Origin: Carpediemonas membranifera BICM
Lineage: Eukaryota; Protista; Fornicata
Direction: 5' to 3'
NCBI GenBank assembly: GCA_019828565.1
Contig: JAHDYR010000012.1
Span: forward strand, 1,297,780 to 1,361,779
DNA: 64,000 nucleotides
Positions 35,627-46,698 of the stretch are shown in pieces. The translations under genes were made by a program, and so were the position numbers. Each line of letters begins with the position of its first letter. Positions within the stretch are counted from its first letter, which is position 1. The notes beneath the pieces were generated by a model. It saw nothing but the letters and a program-made list of their open reading frames with translations, was not told where the DNA came from and searched no databases.

Positions 35627-36707
35627 TTATTCGTCGTCCGACTCCTCGGTATCGGTCAGCTCGACCAACCAAGACGCGTCAGCGTGGCGCTCAAGATCGT
35701 GCTCAGCAAGATAGTCGCGCACACAACGGACGAGACAGAGATCGGCGTTCAGCCAGACGATGCTGAGGCCAGAGTAACCCTCATACTGGAGTATGAGAGC
35801 GAAGGTCCCAGGTCCACGAGTCGTTTTGAGGAATTCATGACGGACAACACACGTCACGGTGTAGTAACGGTCCGGGTCCGAGACCTGAATAGGCTCCCAG
35901 TGGACCTCGTCACCGATCGCAGGCAGGTGACCCTCGCGACACAGCTCGTCGACCAGGGTCGCCCAGAAGGCGCTGGGAGCTGAGATGCAGCGGCTGATCC
36001 CGAAGAGTGCCACTCGGAAGTAATCGGGCGAGAGGACGAGGATCAGCAGGCGGTTGAGGTATCCGCGAGCCGTGGTATCCGACGTGACACCGGCAGCAGC
36101 GCGAACTGCGGCCACGAGCCCGGCAGAGTAGCGCCCACTACCGGTCAGGCTGATGTCGCCACTCCGGAGGGCTGCTGAGACGATATCGCCATCAGTGAGC
36201 GTCGGGCACAGCTTGATCTTGAGGTGGGTCACCACCCCAGCGAGAGCGAACTGGCAGTAAGCCACGAGGTTAAGAATCTGGCGAGACTTCTTAACATCGG
36301 TGACTACCGCGGCGTCGTGGAGGCGACCCTGCTCAATGGCGTCGAAGATACGCTGAAGAGGCATTTCAATCGAGTTGCTGTAGCCATTCAGGCGCCGGGA
36401 GACCTCAGCTCTGATGTCGCGGGGAAGATTCATAGATGCCGTCACGGGTCGAGTAACACGCTCTGCGGCTTGTACACGGTGCCTGGATGAGTGGTTGATT
36501 GATATTTGTTACTTACAGGTTACCGGAGGCCAAGCGCTTGCGCTGAGTACGTGTTTGAGCACGAAGAGAACGACAGACGGCGGAATGAGCGGAAACAAGA
36601 GGCTTAGTGAGTTCCTCGTCACCAATTTCGGCGATTTTAGCGCGAATAGTATCCAGAATTGCTTCTACGGCGGCGTTGTCCGACATCAACTGAGTTGACG
36701 GCGACAT
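35627..36707 (-). CDS. Antisense accessory gene of Gypsy-2 (predicted 348 aa, one 34-nt intron at 36483-36516) with chromodomain-like C-terminus
   Basis: GTAAGT...CAG intron joins ORF 36513-36773 in frame to ORF 35627-36445; YTVTCVVRH...ILQYEGYSGLSIVW...VRDYL. Confidence 0.7.
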
Positions 36708-39700
36708 ATTCTGCACTTTTGGAACAATCGGTTTCAGGACGAAACCTAGAGCAGTAATAGGACGCCAAATCAAGCTAATTCATCTATTTACTAAGCGCTG
36801 TAGCCTATTAGCTCCATCGGAAGCCGATTGATGTTGTTAATGAAGTACGAGCGCGCCAGGAAAAATGAAAGGCCCAAAACTCGCCAACGAAGGCCTTTTG
36901 GAACCTCTTAATGCCTTTTTCGGCGTCTGCGTAAGTTTCAGCGCAAATGGTACAGTACTTCTTCTTATTCTTCTAGACGCCGAGATCAACCCTCGAATTA
37001 CTTAGAAGCATGCGTAACACGTAATATTTTTCGAGACACGGCCATATGAGGCCGTGGAGGGGCAGGGATAAGCCTCTATGAATACGGGCGAACCCTAGCC
37101 GTCCGTTTGACTGTCATTGACGTCGGTAAGTTCGGACCCTATATGCGGTTCATGAGGGCGGCGAAGCCCTGGTAAGACCATCTTAACACGTAACATAGCA
37201 ATTGCTTACACAGTGGATCCACGTTATCATATACAGCTGTCGGGTTTTATTCCCATGTCACCGTTGGTGATACCATAATTCCGTATCGGAAGACCGCGGG
37301 TCGGGCGTTGCCCACTCCACTGCCAATGGAGTAGACCGTTGCATAGCTTGGGTGGCACCAAACTATAACACGGATGACCCTAGGCCAACCTAACCCCCGT
37401 AACTCGTTGAGTGTCATGCCTATTACCCAGGCATGGAGGGGCAGTGTGGTGGTCATAGACCACACTAATCATTTATACAGTTTAAGCCATTTATTGGCAC
37501 AAGGGTTTTCTCTTCTTCTTTCTATAATAAAAGCATTCTCCGCATTAGCGAGGCACAGGCGAGGACTCATTGCGGGGACTGGACCCGGCGGTGGGGGTGT
37601 CGCGCGCCTGATGATGGGATGGATGTTGTAGCGATGAGAGGAGAGAGAGGATTTATAGGGTTTGACCCGGGACACAAAATTGGATAAAACTAATCGACCC
37701 GAAGGTCTACAGATGTGCTGGGAAGCAGACATGGGGGAAAGAGCGGTAAGAATCCGCGAATCTGCCCGGGACCCCGACCGCCCCTCACCCCTAGCGGACT
37801 TCGACTGGTGAAGAGCGGACCCCAAATCTGTCATCGGGAAGCTGAATAAGTGGGCGGACGACGTACTAAAACTGGCCCACAGCGACCTCCACGAACCCAG
37901 ACCCAGAGCAATAGCCGGGGGATAGAAGATGAAAGCACGTGACATCGCTACCAAAGGCAGCCGAACAGCCAAGGCGGCCGCTGAAGTGCTGGCAGCGGAA
38001 GCTATGCAGACGATGGCAGGCGGGAAACCACCTAAGAAGCCGAAAATTGTCAGGGGGAAAATAATGCTCTGGAGGGAACTGAAGAGGGTGGTCGCGACAG
38101 CCTCCAACACACTCCCCTCCGCAAGCAACAGCCACACCACCCGAGGAGCCGCGCTCATGATAAGCAGGAGGTACCCCGGGCAAGAGATGCTCTGCGACTG
38201 CATTCAAAGAGTATGTCCGATATGCACACTCGCAGCCGAGCGTGATCTGATCAACTATCTCCAATTCTACCCTCCCCAGGCGCAGGCGCTCGCGGTAATA
38301 ACCCGGTGGCTGGAAGACCAACCACTAGGAACACAAAGCCATATCATAGCAGAGTGCCAGGGTGTCGACCGCCCAAGCGGGTAGAAGGAATGCTGGGAAG
38401 CCGCAGCAACACACACCATGGCAAGCAGCCTGCGGCACGGGGCGGAGCACTCCTGGAACCGGCGAGGGGTGTTCCCCCCCACATGTTCCGGTAGCGCCAG
38501 GTCGAGGGAAAGGCTGCGAAGGACCACCAAGGGATATTCGCACACAACGAGCACGAAGTAGGGAAGGCCCGGCAAACCGCTGGGCCAGTAGGGCGCAAGC
38601 AACCGTACATGCGGTCCGGCGCATCCCTCCGGCGCACAAGGGGATACCCCCGCCCCACACGGTGGGGACGCACCAGGAGGATGATGCATGGCAGACTGGC
38701 GGAGTCACTGGATAACGCAAGAAGCTACCCACTCCGTTGGTCACCTACCGAAAAGGTAGGGCCATCCCGACTTGGCCCGGCGCCTAGTCAGGGATACTGG
38801 AAGACGTGGCAACCGCCCCTGGGAGTTCCCCCCGAGAATGGGAACCTGTAGTGAAATCGGACAGCGCTAGATGAGCCCGAACGCAGCCGGCAAGTCCGTG
38901 GAAGTCTACCTACGCGGCGTCGGTGGGTTCCTAACCCGGCCCAGCTGGTACGGCGAACTCTAGACCCGACCCCGCCCTGGCGGGTGCCTGAAACATGGCG
39001 AGCGGGTCGAGGAAACCCCAGGACCTCCCTAGGGGACCCGGGGGAGAGGGGAAGCGTGCGGAAGGTCCCTGACAGCAGCGTGCAGGGCAAGGCTTTGTAG
39101 GTGCCAGGCAAACCGGGGCCCCAAAGGCCCCCATGAGTAAGACCTGGGTTAGCCTAACTTTGGCGGTATTAATCTGGCCATGTATAGGACCCCCCTAGCG
39201 TACCAGCTAGACCTTGACGGCTGGTGTTCACGCCCTCTTAGGAAGTGTTAGGTGTGCTCGGGAGAGGTACCAACACGCTCAGGCGTTCCTCGAAAGGGTG
39301 ACACAAACTGTGAAATTCAGCTTACACAGCAGAACGGGTAGCAGGACGTTAAATTTCTTTCTTTCTTTCTTTCTTTCTACAGCCGGCACATCCCCTAGAT
39401 CGTTAGTGCCTGCGTAGCCCTCATGATTAAGCCAATCTCTCGGTGATACCGTTCCAACTCAGTGCGCTGGGTCGGGTCCATTTTCGAGAATGGTGGCCTC
39501 CTGAAATCATGAGTTGGGATGCTCTGGGCTAATGTCTGGCTGAATCGCCAGAGCTCATAGAGAATTATATGCACAGGCGTCCACTTGACGTGCTATTTTT
39601 TGTAGGTTGGGTCAGTGAGAGTCAAAGAAGAAGTATCCAGGATTATGCCATCAAATCAAAGAAGCATTTGGGCACAAATCGCCTGTGTTATAGCAGCCGG

Positions 39701-39931
39701 CTGCGCCTACTACAACCTCCTCTCCTTGTCCCAATCCAGGTGACCCTGATATTTATGTATTCAAGCACACATGACTGCCGCGAGACGGACCGAAAAATTG
39801 GAGAAGCATTCAAACGGAGCAAGCCCTAATACAGCGTTGATAGTACACCCTTACTGGCTCGGCTGATGATGTTGGCTCAGACGGCATGCGTTGACTGGAC
39901 AAGAAAAACGCATAAAATGCTCACCCACGAC

Positions 39932-42900
39932 GATGGAGACCGAAATCTCCATTGGAAGCTTAGGTGAACTTAGTAACTCGCTGAAAGAGGCGTACTATAG
40001 GAATTCAAAGGTTTCTCGTGTGAAACTCCGCATAGAAGACGATGATCTTCGACGGGTGTACAATAACCGGCGAATCACGGCAAGTAAGATTCGAGCAGCA
40101 TATATTACTTCGATGCATGTTTTTTGTACCACTTTTGCTTACTCAGCCTCATTATTGACGTGTTTCTCCAGGTTATAGTGGAGCTCCTCGCCCCCGAACG
40201 GACGGGCACGTCTGCGAGGTTCGAGGGACTACATCTGGCTCTTATGCTCGCAGTCCCCGTCATGAACATGAGCATCTTCATCGGAGGTGTGTACTTCTTT
40301 TTCTTTCGGCGGCACTCGATGATTGTGATCCTCTCGAGTCTCATGCTGCTCCTTGTCCGAAATATCTCAGCAATTTTCCTCTTCTCCGAGTTTACTGCGG
40401 TCTCTATGATCTGCACGACCCTCATCTTGTGCGTGGCGGTCCAGCTGCATTACCGGACGACAGCAGCCATCATTGCCGTCATGTTCGCCGCGCAGGTCAC
40501 CAACGCAGCCGAAGCCATACTCTCTGGCACAGCTGGGACCAGCGACACAGTCCCCTACTTGGCCTGCTCCGTCTGCTTCTACTCCACCGTGCTCTTCATC
40601 GCCTTTCTGAGCGAGGTGTTCACCAAGCGTGCGTCTGTCAGGAACGGCATCGATGAGGGGCTCGCACGAGTCACTGCGAACATCCTGAAGGCGACAATAC
40701 CGTTTAACGTAGGCCGCAAGCTCCTGGCAACGGGCAAGTACAGCGAGGTGCTGGACGACTCCACCGTGGCCTTCATGCACCTCCGGATAGAGGACACACG
40801 GGTCCATATGAAGAAGGTCATAGTCGTGCTGCAGGCTGTGTTCGACATGATGGACCGGCTCTGTCTCGCGGCCGGGTACGAGAAGGTCAAGACGTTTGGA
40901 TCCACATTCATGGCTTTCGGGCCGAGCGCACACCAGGCAGGGGCTGCGGCGACCTTCTTGACCAACGCGGCGACATGCCTGCACGCGGTTCAGGATGCCT
41001 TGCCCGACGAGTACAAGCCGCTCGTCTCGTTCCAGGGGGGCGTGGCGCAGGGCCCTGTGGCCACGAACGTCATCGGCCACCGCATGGCCCGCTTCGACCT
41101 CTGGGGCGACGTGGTCAACCTCGCGGCCCGGCTGACGTACAGCGCAGAGACAGGCACTGTCGCGTGCTCGAACCTGTTCGCCCAGACACTGGTCGACCAC
41201 GTCGACTTCAGCCTGACGTCGTGCGGCAAGATCCGTCTGAAGGGCAAGGGCGAGCAGGCCGTGTACCGCATCTCGACCTCGCACCCCTCCGTTCCTCCCG
41301 AGGTCCTCCGCCGCACTCTGGCACAGCTGAAGAGCTCGCTGGGTGTGCCCGACGACCAGCTCGACCTCAACACTCTGGACACCGTTGAATTACTCAAACC
41401 GCGGTACCGGCAGATCTCAGGGCAGGCTGACAGCGACTCGTCCTTCCCGACATACACGGACAGTGACACCATTGACAGCGGCGGAAGCTACTTCTCGGAC
41501 TTCGAGGGCGGCCGCATCTCACCACTGGCGAAGTTACGGTCGTCGGACTCGGGCGGGTCCAACACGGCTGTCACCAGCGAGGTCGAGCTCCACTTCCAGG
41601 GTGTGTCCGACGCCCAGGACACGGACGAGGACCTGGACCTCAGCCCGACAGACGCCGCGGACATGCATATGAGTCTGGAGGGCGCCCCAGCATTGACCGA
41701 CATGACCGACCTTGAAGTGCAGGCGGTTGGGTCCGGCAGCATCAACATTGGCGTCAAGACACTCTTCGCCGCCGCCACGTCCGGCAACATCGACCCTGAC
41801 GACGAGGAGGAGGAGGGTCGCCCCGACACGCCGCAGCCCCTTACGGACTACCAGGCGGTGTCGGACATCGGCACGGACAGCGACACAGACTTCGACCAGG
41901 GGGAGCAGTGGGACCACCTCAGCGCCGTGTCGGAGGACGCCGAACTGGGCAGGGTGAGGCAGGAGCCGGATCAGACGGAGCTGCTGTTCAAAGACATCAC
42001 GCGACACAGACTGCTCGGGTGGTCGTCCTCGGTCACCATCACGCCCGGCCGGCTGATCCAGTGGGTGGTCGGGGGAGTCTCGCCGTACATGCACTCGGAC
42101 CAGCTGACACAGTTCGTCCGCACTGACATCATCAGCCGAGGCACGTCCATCGTCGTCTCCTGCATACTTGTGCTCGTTATCCAGATTGTCGAGGCCCTCG
42201 TGGCCCTGGACATCTCATACAGCGGCCGGGACGTCATTGAGGACATCCCCGGGCTCGGCGACGTCATGGTCCGCGTGCTGCTCGTCACCTTCTCTGCCTC
42301 CCAGCTGTGTGTCGTCGTCCTCATCGCCCACGCCTTCCTCCTCGTCCACCGCGTCCGCTCCTCCCCCGGCGCCGCCCCCACCAGCTCCGATGTCGTCTTC
42401 CACGTCACCGTGCTGGCTCTGAACTTTGCCATGCTCATCGTACCGGCCGTGCTGTGGTCTGTAGCAGGCCACCACGCACCCATACTCATGTTCACAGCAG
42501 CAATCACACTCGCATACACGTCGGGATTGTTCTCCCCAGAGTGCGCGGCCTCCTTCAGCACCATGATCTCGGTATGCATCATGGCGGGCATCCTGTGCCT
42601 GGAGGTCATCGGCTATCTCAGGGCGGGCTTTGTCCCCTTATCCTGCGTCATCGTCAGCATATACACCACGACCGTCTTTGCATTCAACACCATCGTCAAC
42701 CGCGGGGCAAACTATCGCGTGTACGTCTACGGCCTCGAGTCCCAGCAGAGGAAGAGTCAGGTCGAGCACCTCATATTCAACGTCTTCCCCCGGCACGTGG
42801 CCAAGCGCCTCTTCACTCCAGAGGACACCGCCGTATCTAGATTCAGATCTAGATCGATGTCGATGCCGTCAGACCGCTCAGTGTCATCTGAGACAGCGCT

Positions 42901-43423
42901 ATACGACCGGTCCGACTGGGCGACGATTCTTCAGCTTGACATGTGCTCCTTCACCGAATTCAGCGCCACCCGCACTCCCATGGAGGTCACGGACGTGCTC
43001 TCGGACCTCTTCTCCATCTTTGACCGGTGTGCCTCTGAGCACTCCCTATCCCTCGTCAAGAACATCGGGGACGCCGCAGTTTATGTCGCCGGGCTGCGGG
43101 ATGCGAACACGGACCACGCCGTATCCTGCGTGGACGCCGCCATCGGGATGATCCAGGAGTGCGAGAGCTACACGACGGCCAACAACATGCGCATCAAGAT
43201 CCGCATCGGCATCGGCACTGGGGCTGTTTACGGCTCTGTGTTTGGCGCCCATCGCTTCAACTACGACATCCTCGGCCCAGCAGCGGACGAGGCGAACACC
43301 ATGGAGCAGAGCGGGTTGCCGATGAGGGTCCACCTCACTGACCGGACGGCAAAGCTCATAGGGACACGGTATAGGCTCCAGAGGGACGCCAACCATAAGG
43401 ATTGCTTCTTCATAGCAGCGTAA
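39932..43423 (+). CDS. Membrane-bound class III adenylyl/guanylyl cyclase with two TM clusters and two cyclase domains (5' end uncertain)
   Basis: EKVKTFGSTFM, RFDLWGDVVNLAARL, LKGKG; LQLDMCSFT, VKNIGD, IRIGIGTGAVYGSVFG. Confidence 0.9.
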
Positions 43424-43580
43424 CCTGCGTTTTTTGATAAATTTTTGGCACACGTGGAGACTATATGAAGTACGTCCCGCAGAGCAGGCCCGTGCCCGCG
43501 GAGGGCAACAGGTTCAAGCACATGATATGAGGTTTTCGCAGTTTATGCCAATGATGTCTTGCTCTGTTTGAAGCTGTTGG

Positions 43581-44380
43581 TTGATAGCAGACTACGAAAA
43601 CGAGAAAATCGTATGGAAAGATCAAGGAGTGCACTTTGAAGTTGACAAATCAAGGTTGGAGCTTTGCCCTGGCGAGTACCCAGCAGATGTGGTTTACCGC
43701 GTCGAGGACACGAATGGAAACGCTGGAATGGAGGGAAATCTGACGATAACCAACCTTAGTCTCATATGGGTTTCATCAGGAACCTCAGCGATCAATCTTT
43801 CGATGGGCTTCAACTGCCTCAAGAACCTCGCGATCCAGCGCACGCTCCGCCCTACGCGGCGTATCCCAGGCCCCGTTCATCGTATTTGTCTCGAAGTCCT
43901 CCCAGTACGAGTTCGTCTTCACCCACCAGACGTCCCCCCGCATGTTCAGCTCCGTCCAGAGGGCATACGACACATCCAAGCTCTATAGGAACCTCACACT
44001 CAGGGGCGGGTTCGTCCAGAACAAGCGGCTCGTGCTGCTGCCCCAGGAGGAGCAGTACTCGTCGTACGACGGCGTGTGGTCGCTCAGCTCCCAGGAGTCA
44101 CAGGGCAGCCTTGGCACACTGGTGGTCACATCAGTGAGGGTGGTGTGGTTCAGTAATAACACCGACATCAACGTATCTATTCCATATCACAAAATCACTC
44201 AAATATGCATTCCACGATTCCAAATTTGGCCGCGCACAAGTAATCAGCGCGGTGTCAGCCAGTGATCCTACCAAGCGCTTTACCCTGGGCTTCAAGATCG
44301 ATCCGGAGTCTCTTCTGGTCCATATAAGCTTCACGGGCAATATGCTTTTTGCCCTGGACGGGTTGGGGGGCACCGGGTGA
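43581..44380 (+). CDS. BBS5: Bardet-Biedl syndrome 5 protein (frameshifted in this assembly)
   Basis: VEDTNGNAGMEGNLTITNLSLIW...NLSMGFNC; AYDTSKLYRNLTLRG...GVWSLSS...LGTLVVTSVRVVW...NVSIPY (DM16/PH repeats). Confidence 0.88.
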
Positions 44381-44527
44381 GTGGAGCGGGGATTTGTTCG
44401 ATAAATGGAGTAGACCGAGCGTTTGGTAGTGCGTGGGGCGATTTATGGGGGAAGAAGCTGCATTTACGTGTAACATACGGGAACTTTGAAAGAATCGAAC
44501 GTGAGCTGGAAAGGCGTGAATACGACG

Positions 44528-46054
44528 ATGAGCAAGCATGTAGCCGATCTATCCACGACGGATATCATTCGGTTCGATCATATTCTGGCCGATGCTGTCA
44601 TGCGGCATCCTGCGCATGAGAACAACGGCTTGGGGCCAAATGCCGACGCCAAGAATGAGAAGCGGTATCTAGCCTTTCATCCGGTGACTGTTACTACTTC
44701 TGAACGCATCCAGTACAACCAGTCTGTATACGGCGGGTGGGACTCCGACCTGGATGGTGTCCCGACCGGCTCCGCGCCCATTGTCTGCTCGTGCAGGGGC
44801 AAAGGCCGCGGTGGATACTTGACGCCGCTGATCCGGTTGAATCTGGACGAGCTCTTCGAAACCATATACCAGGTGCCCGACTCGGTCGCCAGCTATGAGA
44901 CAAAGAGCGCCATTGTGCAGCAGGTGGAGTTGATTGACTTCGAAGACGACTTTGTGGATAAGAACGAGCAAGAAGACGTGGGCACTGACAAGAGCAAGGA
45001 CGTGAAGAGCAGTACGACGCCCAGCAACCCGGACGACATCCTCGCCGACTGGGAACCGACCGCAGAGAGCCCATTGGACTCCGATGAGTCGGACGGGGAC
45101 GTGCACATGTTATCCTCACCGCCCAAGCTGGCCAGCCTGACCCCGACGACGAACAACGGAGCCCCACCCCGCGAGTTTATCGAGGAGCCGCTCTATGACA
45201 TGACGGACGAGGGCTCGCGTCGCAGCGAGCGGGTGTTCGCCATGCTGGTGTGCAGCAGGGCGTGGCAGCACTTCCGGGACCAGAAGGTGATCCTGCCCGG
45301 CCTGGGCGATGATGCCCCCGGTGAGCTGAAGAACGGCATGCTATCGACGTGGCTCCCGACCCTCTTCCACAGGAACCGGGAAGAGAAGGGCATGGTGCAG
45401 CTTAGGCCTACCGGCGACGACGAGCGGGCTGCAGCCACCGCCATGCCGCCACGCGTTATCGTGCACCTTGAGCCGTTCCTGGACGACGGGACGCAGCATA
45501 ACGTGCGGCTTCCTGTGATTGCCGGGCAGATAGAATCCTCACCCCAGATCGGACCGTTTGACCGCATCCTGGGCGCCCCACGCGATATCAAGTGCCTCCA
45601 ACGCCACTGCCCCGGACGTCACATGCACACCATCTGCCAGCTGTACGGGATGAACGCAGACCTGACCCGGGGGTCGGGCAAGGACGGGGCGATGGTCACA
45701 GCTTGGATCGGTGTCTGTTCAACATGCCACAAGACGACGCTCCGCATGTGGGAGTGGGATGAGTCGCGGGGGGAGCACCACGACGAGGAGTACGAGGAGC
45801 GGGATCAGTGGGCCGTGGCCGAGGCCAAGCCGGACCCGGGCAAGGAGGGGGCAGTGGAGGGGAAGTCGCAGGCGGTTGAGGAGGACGAGGACGTCGAGAT
45901 GGCGGGGCAAGCTGTGAGAAGCCCCAGCGAGACGGACCACGTTGTCGAGGAGACGTCCACCCAGCCCCTCCCGGACAACAGCACGGCAATCCTGATAGAC
46001 GAGAGCGAGCCTGACGACAGCGACGAGGAATACACGGTGCAGGATATATCATAG
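44528..46054 (+). CDS. Hypothetical protein (~510 aa) with acidic tracts and a Cys/His cluster
   Basis: Long GC3-rich ORF; CLQRHC...H...C...CSTC. Confidence 0.65.
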   Translation: MSKHVADLSTTDIIRFDHILADAVMRHPAHENNGLGPNADAKNEKRYLAFHPVTVTTSERIQYNQSVYGGWDSDLDGVPTGSAPIVCSCRGKGRGGYLTPLIRLNLDELFETIYQVPDSVASYETKSAIVQQVELIDFEDDFVDKNEQEDVGTDKSKDVKSSTTPSNPDDILADWEPTAESPLDSDESDGDVHMLSSPPKLASLTPTTNNGAPPREFIEEPLYDMTDEGSRRSERVFAMLVCSRAWQHFRDQKVILPGLGDDAPGELKNGMLSTWLPTLFHRNREEKGMVQLRPTGDDERAAATAMPPRVIVHLEPFLDDGTQHNVRLPVIAGQIESSPQIGPFDRILGAPRDIKCLQRHCPGRHMHTICQLYGMNADLTRGSGKDGAMVTAWIGVCSTCHKTTLRMWEWDESRGEHHDEEYEERDQWAVAEAKPDPGKEGAVEGKSQAVEEDEDVEMAGQAVRSPSETDHVVEETSTQPLPDNSTAILIDESEPDDSDEEYTVQDIS

Positions 46055-46055
46055 C

Positions 46056-46300
46056 GTGGCATGGTGGTCGACTCAACGCAGACACAGGCCGACGAGGACG
46101 AATGAGGGAGACCATGGGCCATGGCGCTGCTGTTCTACAGGGGAAGGCTCCTCGCATGCGACGACCGCACCGGGCTCGTGTACGAGGTCAAGGAGGTCGA
46201 CAGGGCGCCCCAAGCGCTGTCCCGCTACATCCTGCTCGAGGGCGACGGCCAGACGACGAACAAGGGCCTCCTTACAAGTTCGAGGGTATCGAGATCGAGA
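46056..46300 (+). pseudogene. Apyrase / calcium-activated nucleotidase (CANT1-like) fragment
   Basis: LLFYRGRLLACDDRTGLVYEV...ILLEGDGQTTNKG matches the apyrase DDRTG and DGDG..KG motifs; truncated. Confidence 0.7.
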
Positions 46301-46698
46301 CACTCTGAGTTGTACATAAAGCGTTGCCCTTATTCATATGAGGCGGCAGACCCGACATCGTGACAAAAACATCGGCGACATCACACCAACCTGGTACTCG
46401 ATAGGTTTATCAACCACTGGTGCAACTCTATTATCCGAGCACCACACCACACTGGAGTGTCTGGTCGGCCCCCCTTCATTTGGAGTGAAATGGCGTTGAC
46501 CCAGAAACGGACGCGGTTGGCTACAGACGTCCTTGTTTGCGAAGTCTCTTGACTTCCGAGAAGCAGGATTGAATCGGATCAGGCTGAAGATTTTGATGCA
46601 TTCAAATCCCCTAGTTTGGACCATTTACACCACCACGGGTCTAAACCTCCTCAGTAAACACATTGTTTGACCCTTCAATAGCACAGTAATTACTACGC

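Larger units (their letters stand above)
31506..37557 (+). mobile_element. Ty3/Gypsy LTR retrotransposon 2 (111-bp LTRs, chromodomain integrase, antisense accessory gene)
   Basis: LTRs 31506-31616 and 37445-37555 (followed by an extra CA); TSD GGCG at 31502-31505 and 37558-37561; PPT GGAGGGGCAG. Confidence 0.96.
30972..39378 (+). mobile_element. Degenerate 5'-truncated non-LTR retrotransposon B (RT C-terminal part, CCHC finger, 3' UTR, (TTTC)n tail), split by Gypsy-2
   Basis: MFVDE, LRISPAK, RYLGLWI and PKIEFGIEIW at 30972-31505; CPIC...HIIAEC at 37929-38384; tail TAAA(TTTC)6 at 39350-39378; in-frame stops. Confidence 0.8.

Noticed and set aside
40367-43453. Long antisense or alternative-frame ORFs over the cyclase, pol and other genes
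   Set aside because: Shadow ORFs expected from high GC3 codon bias.
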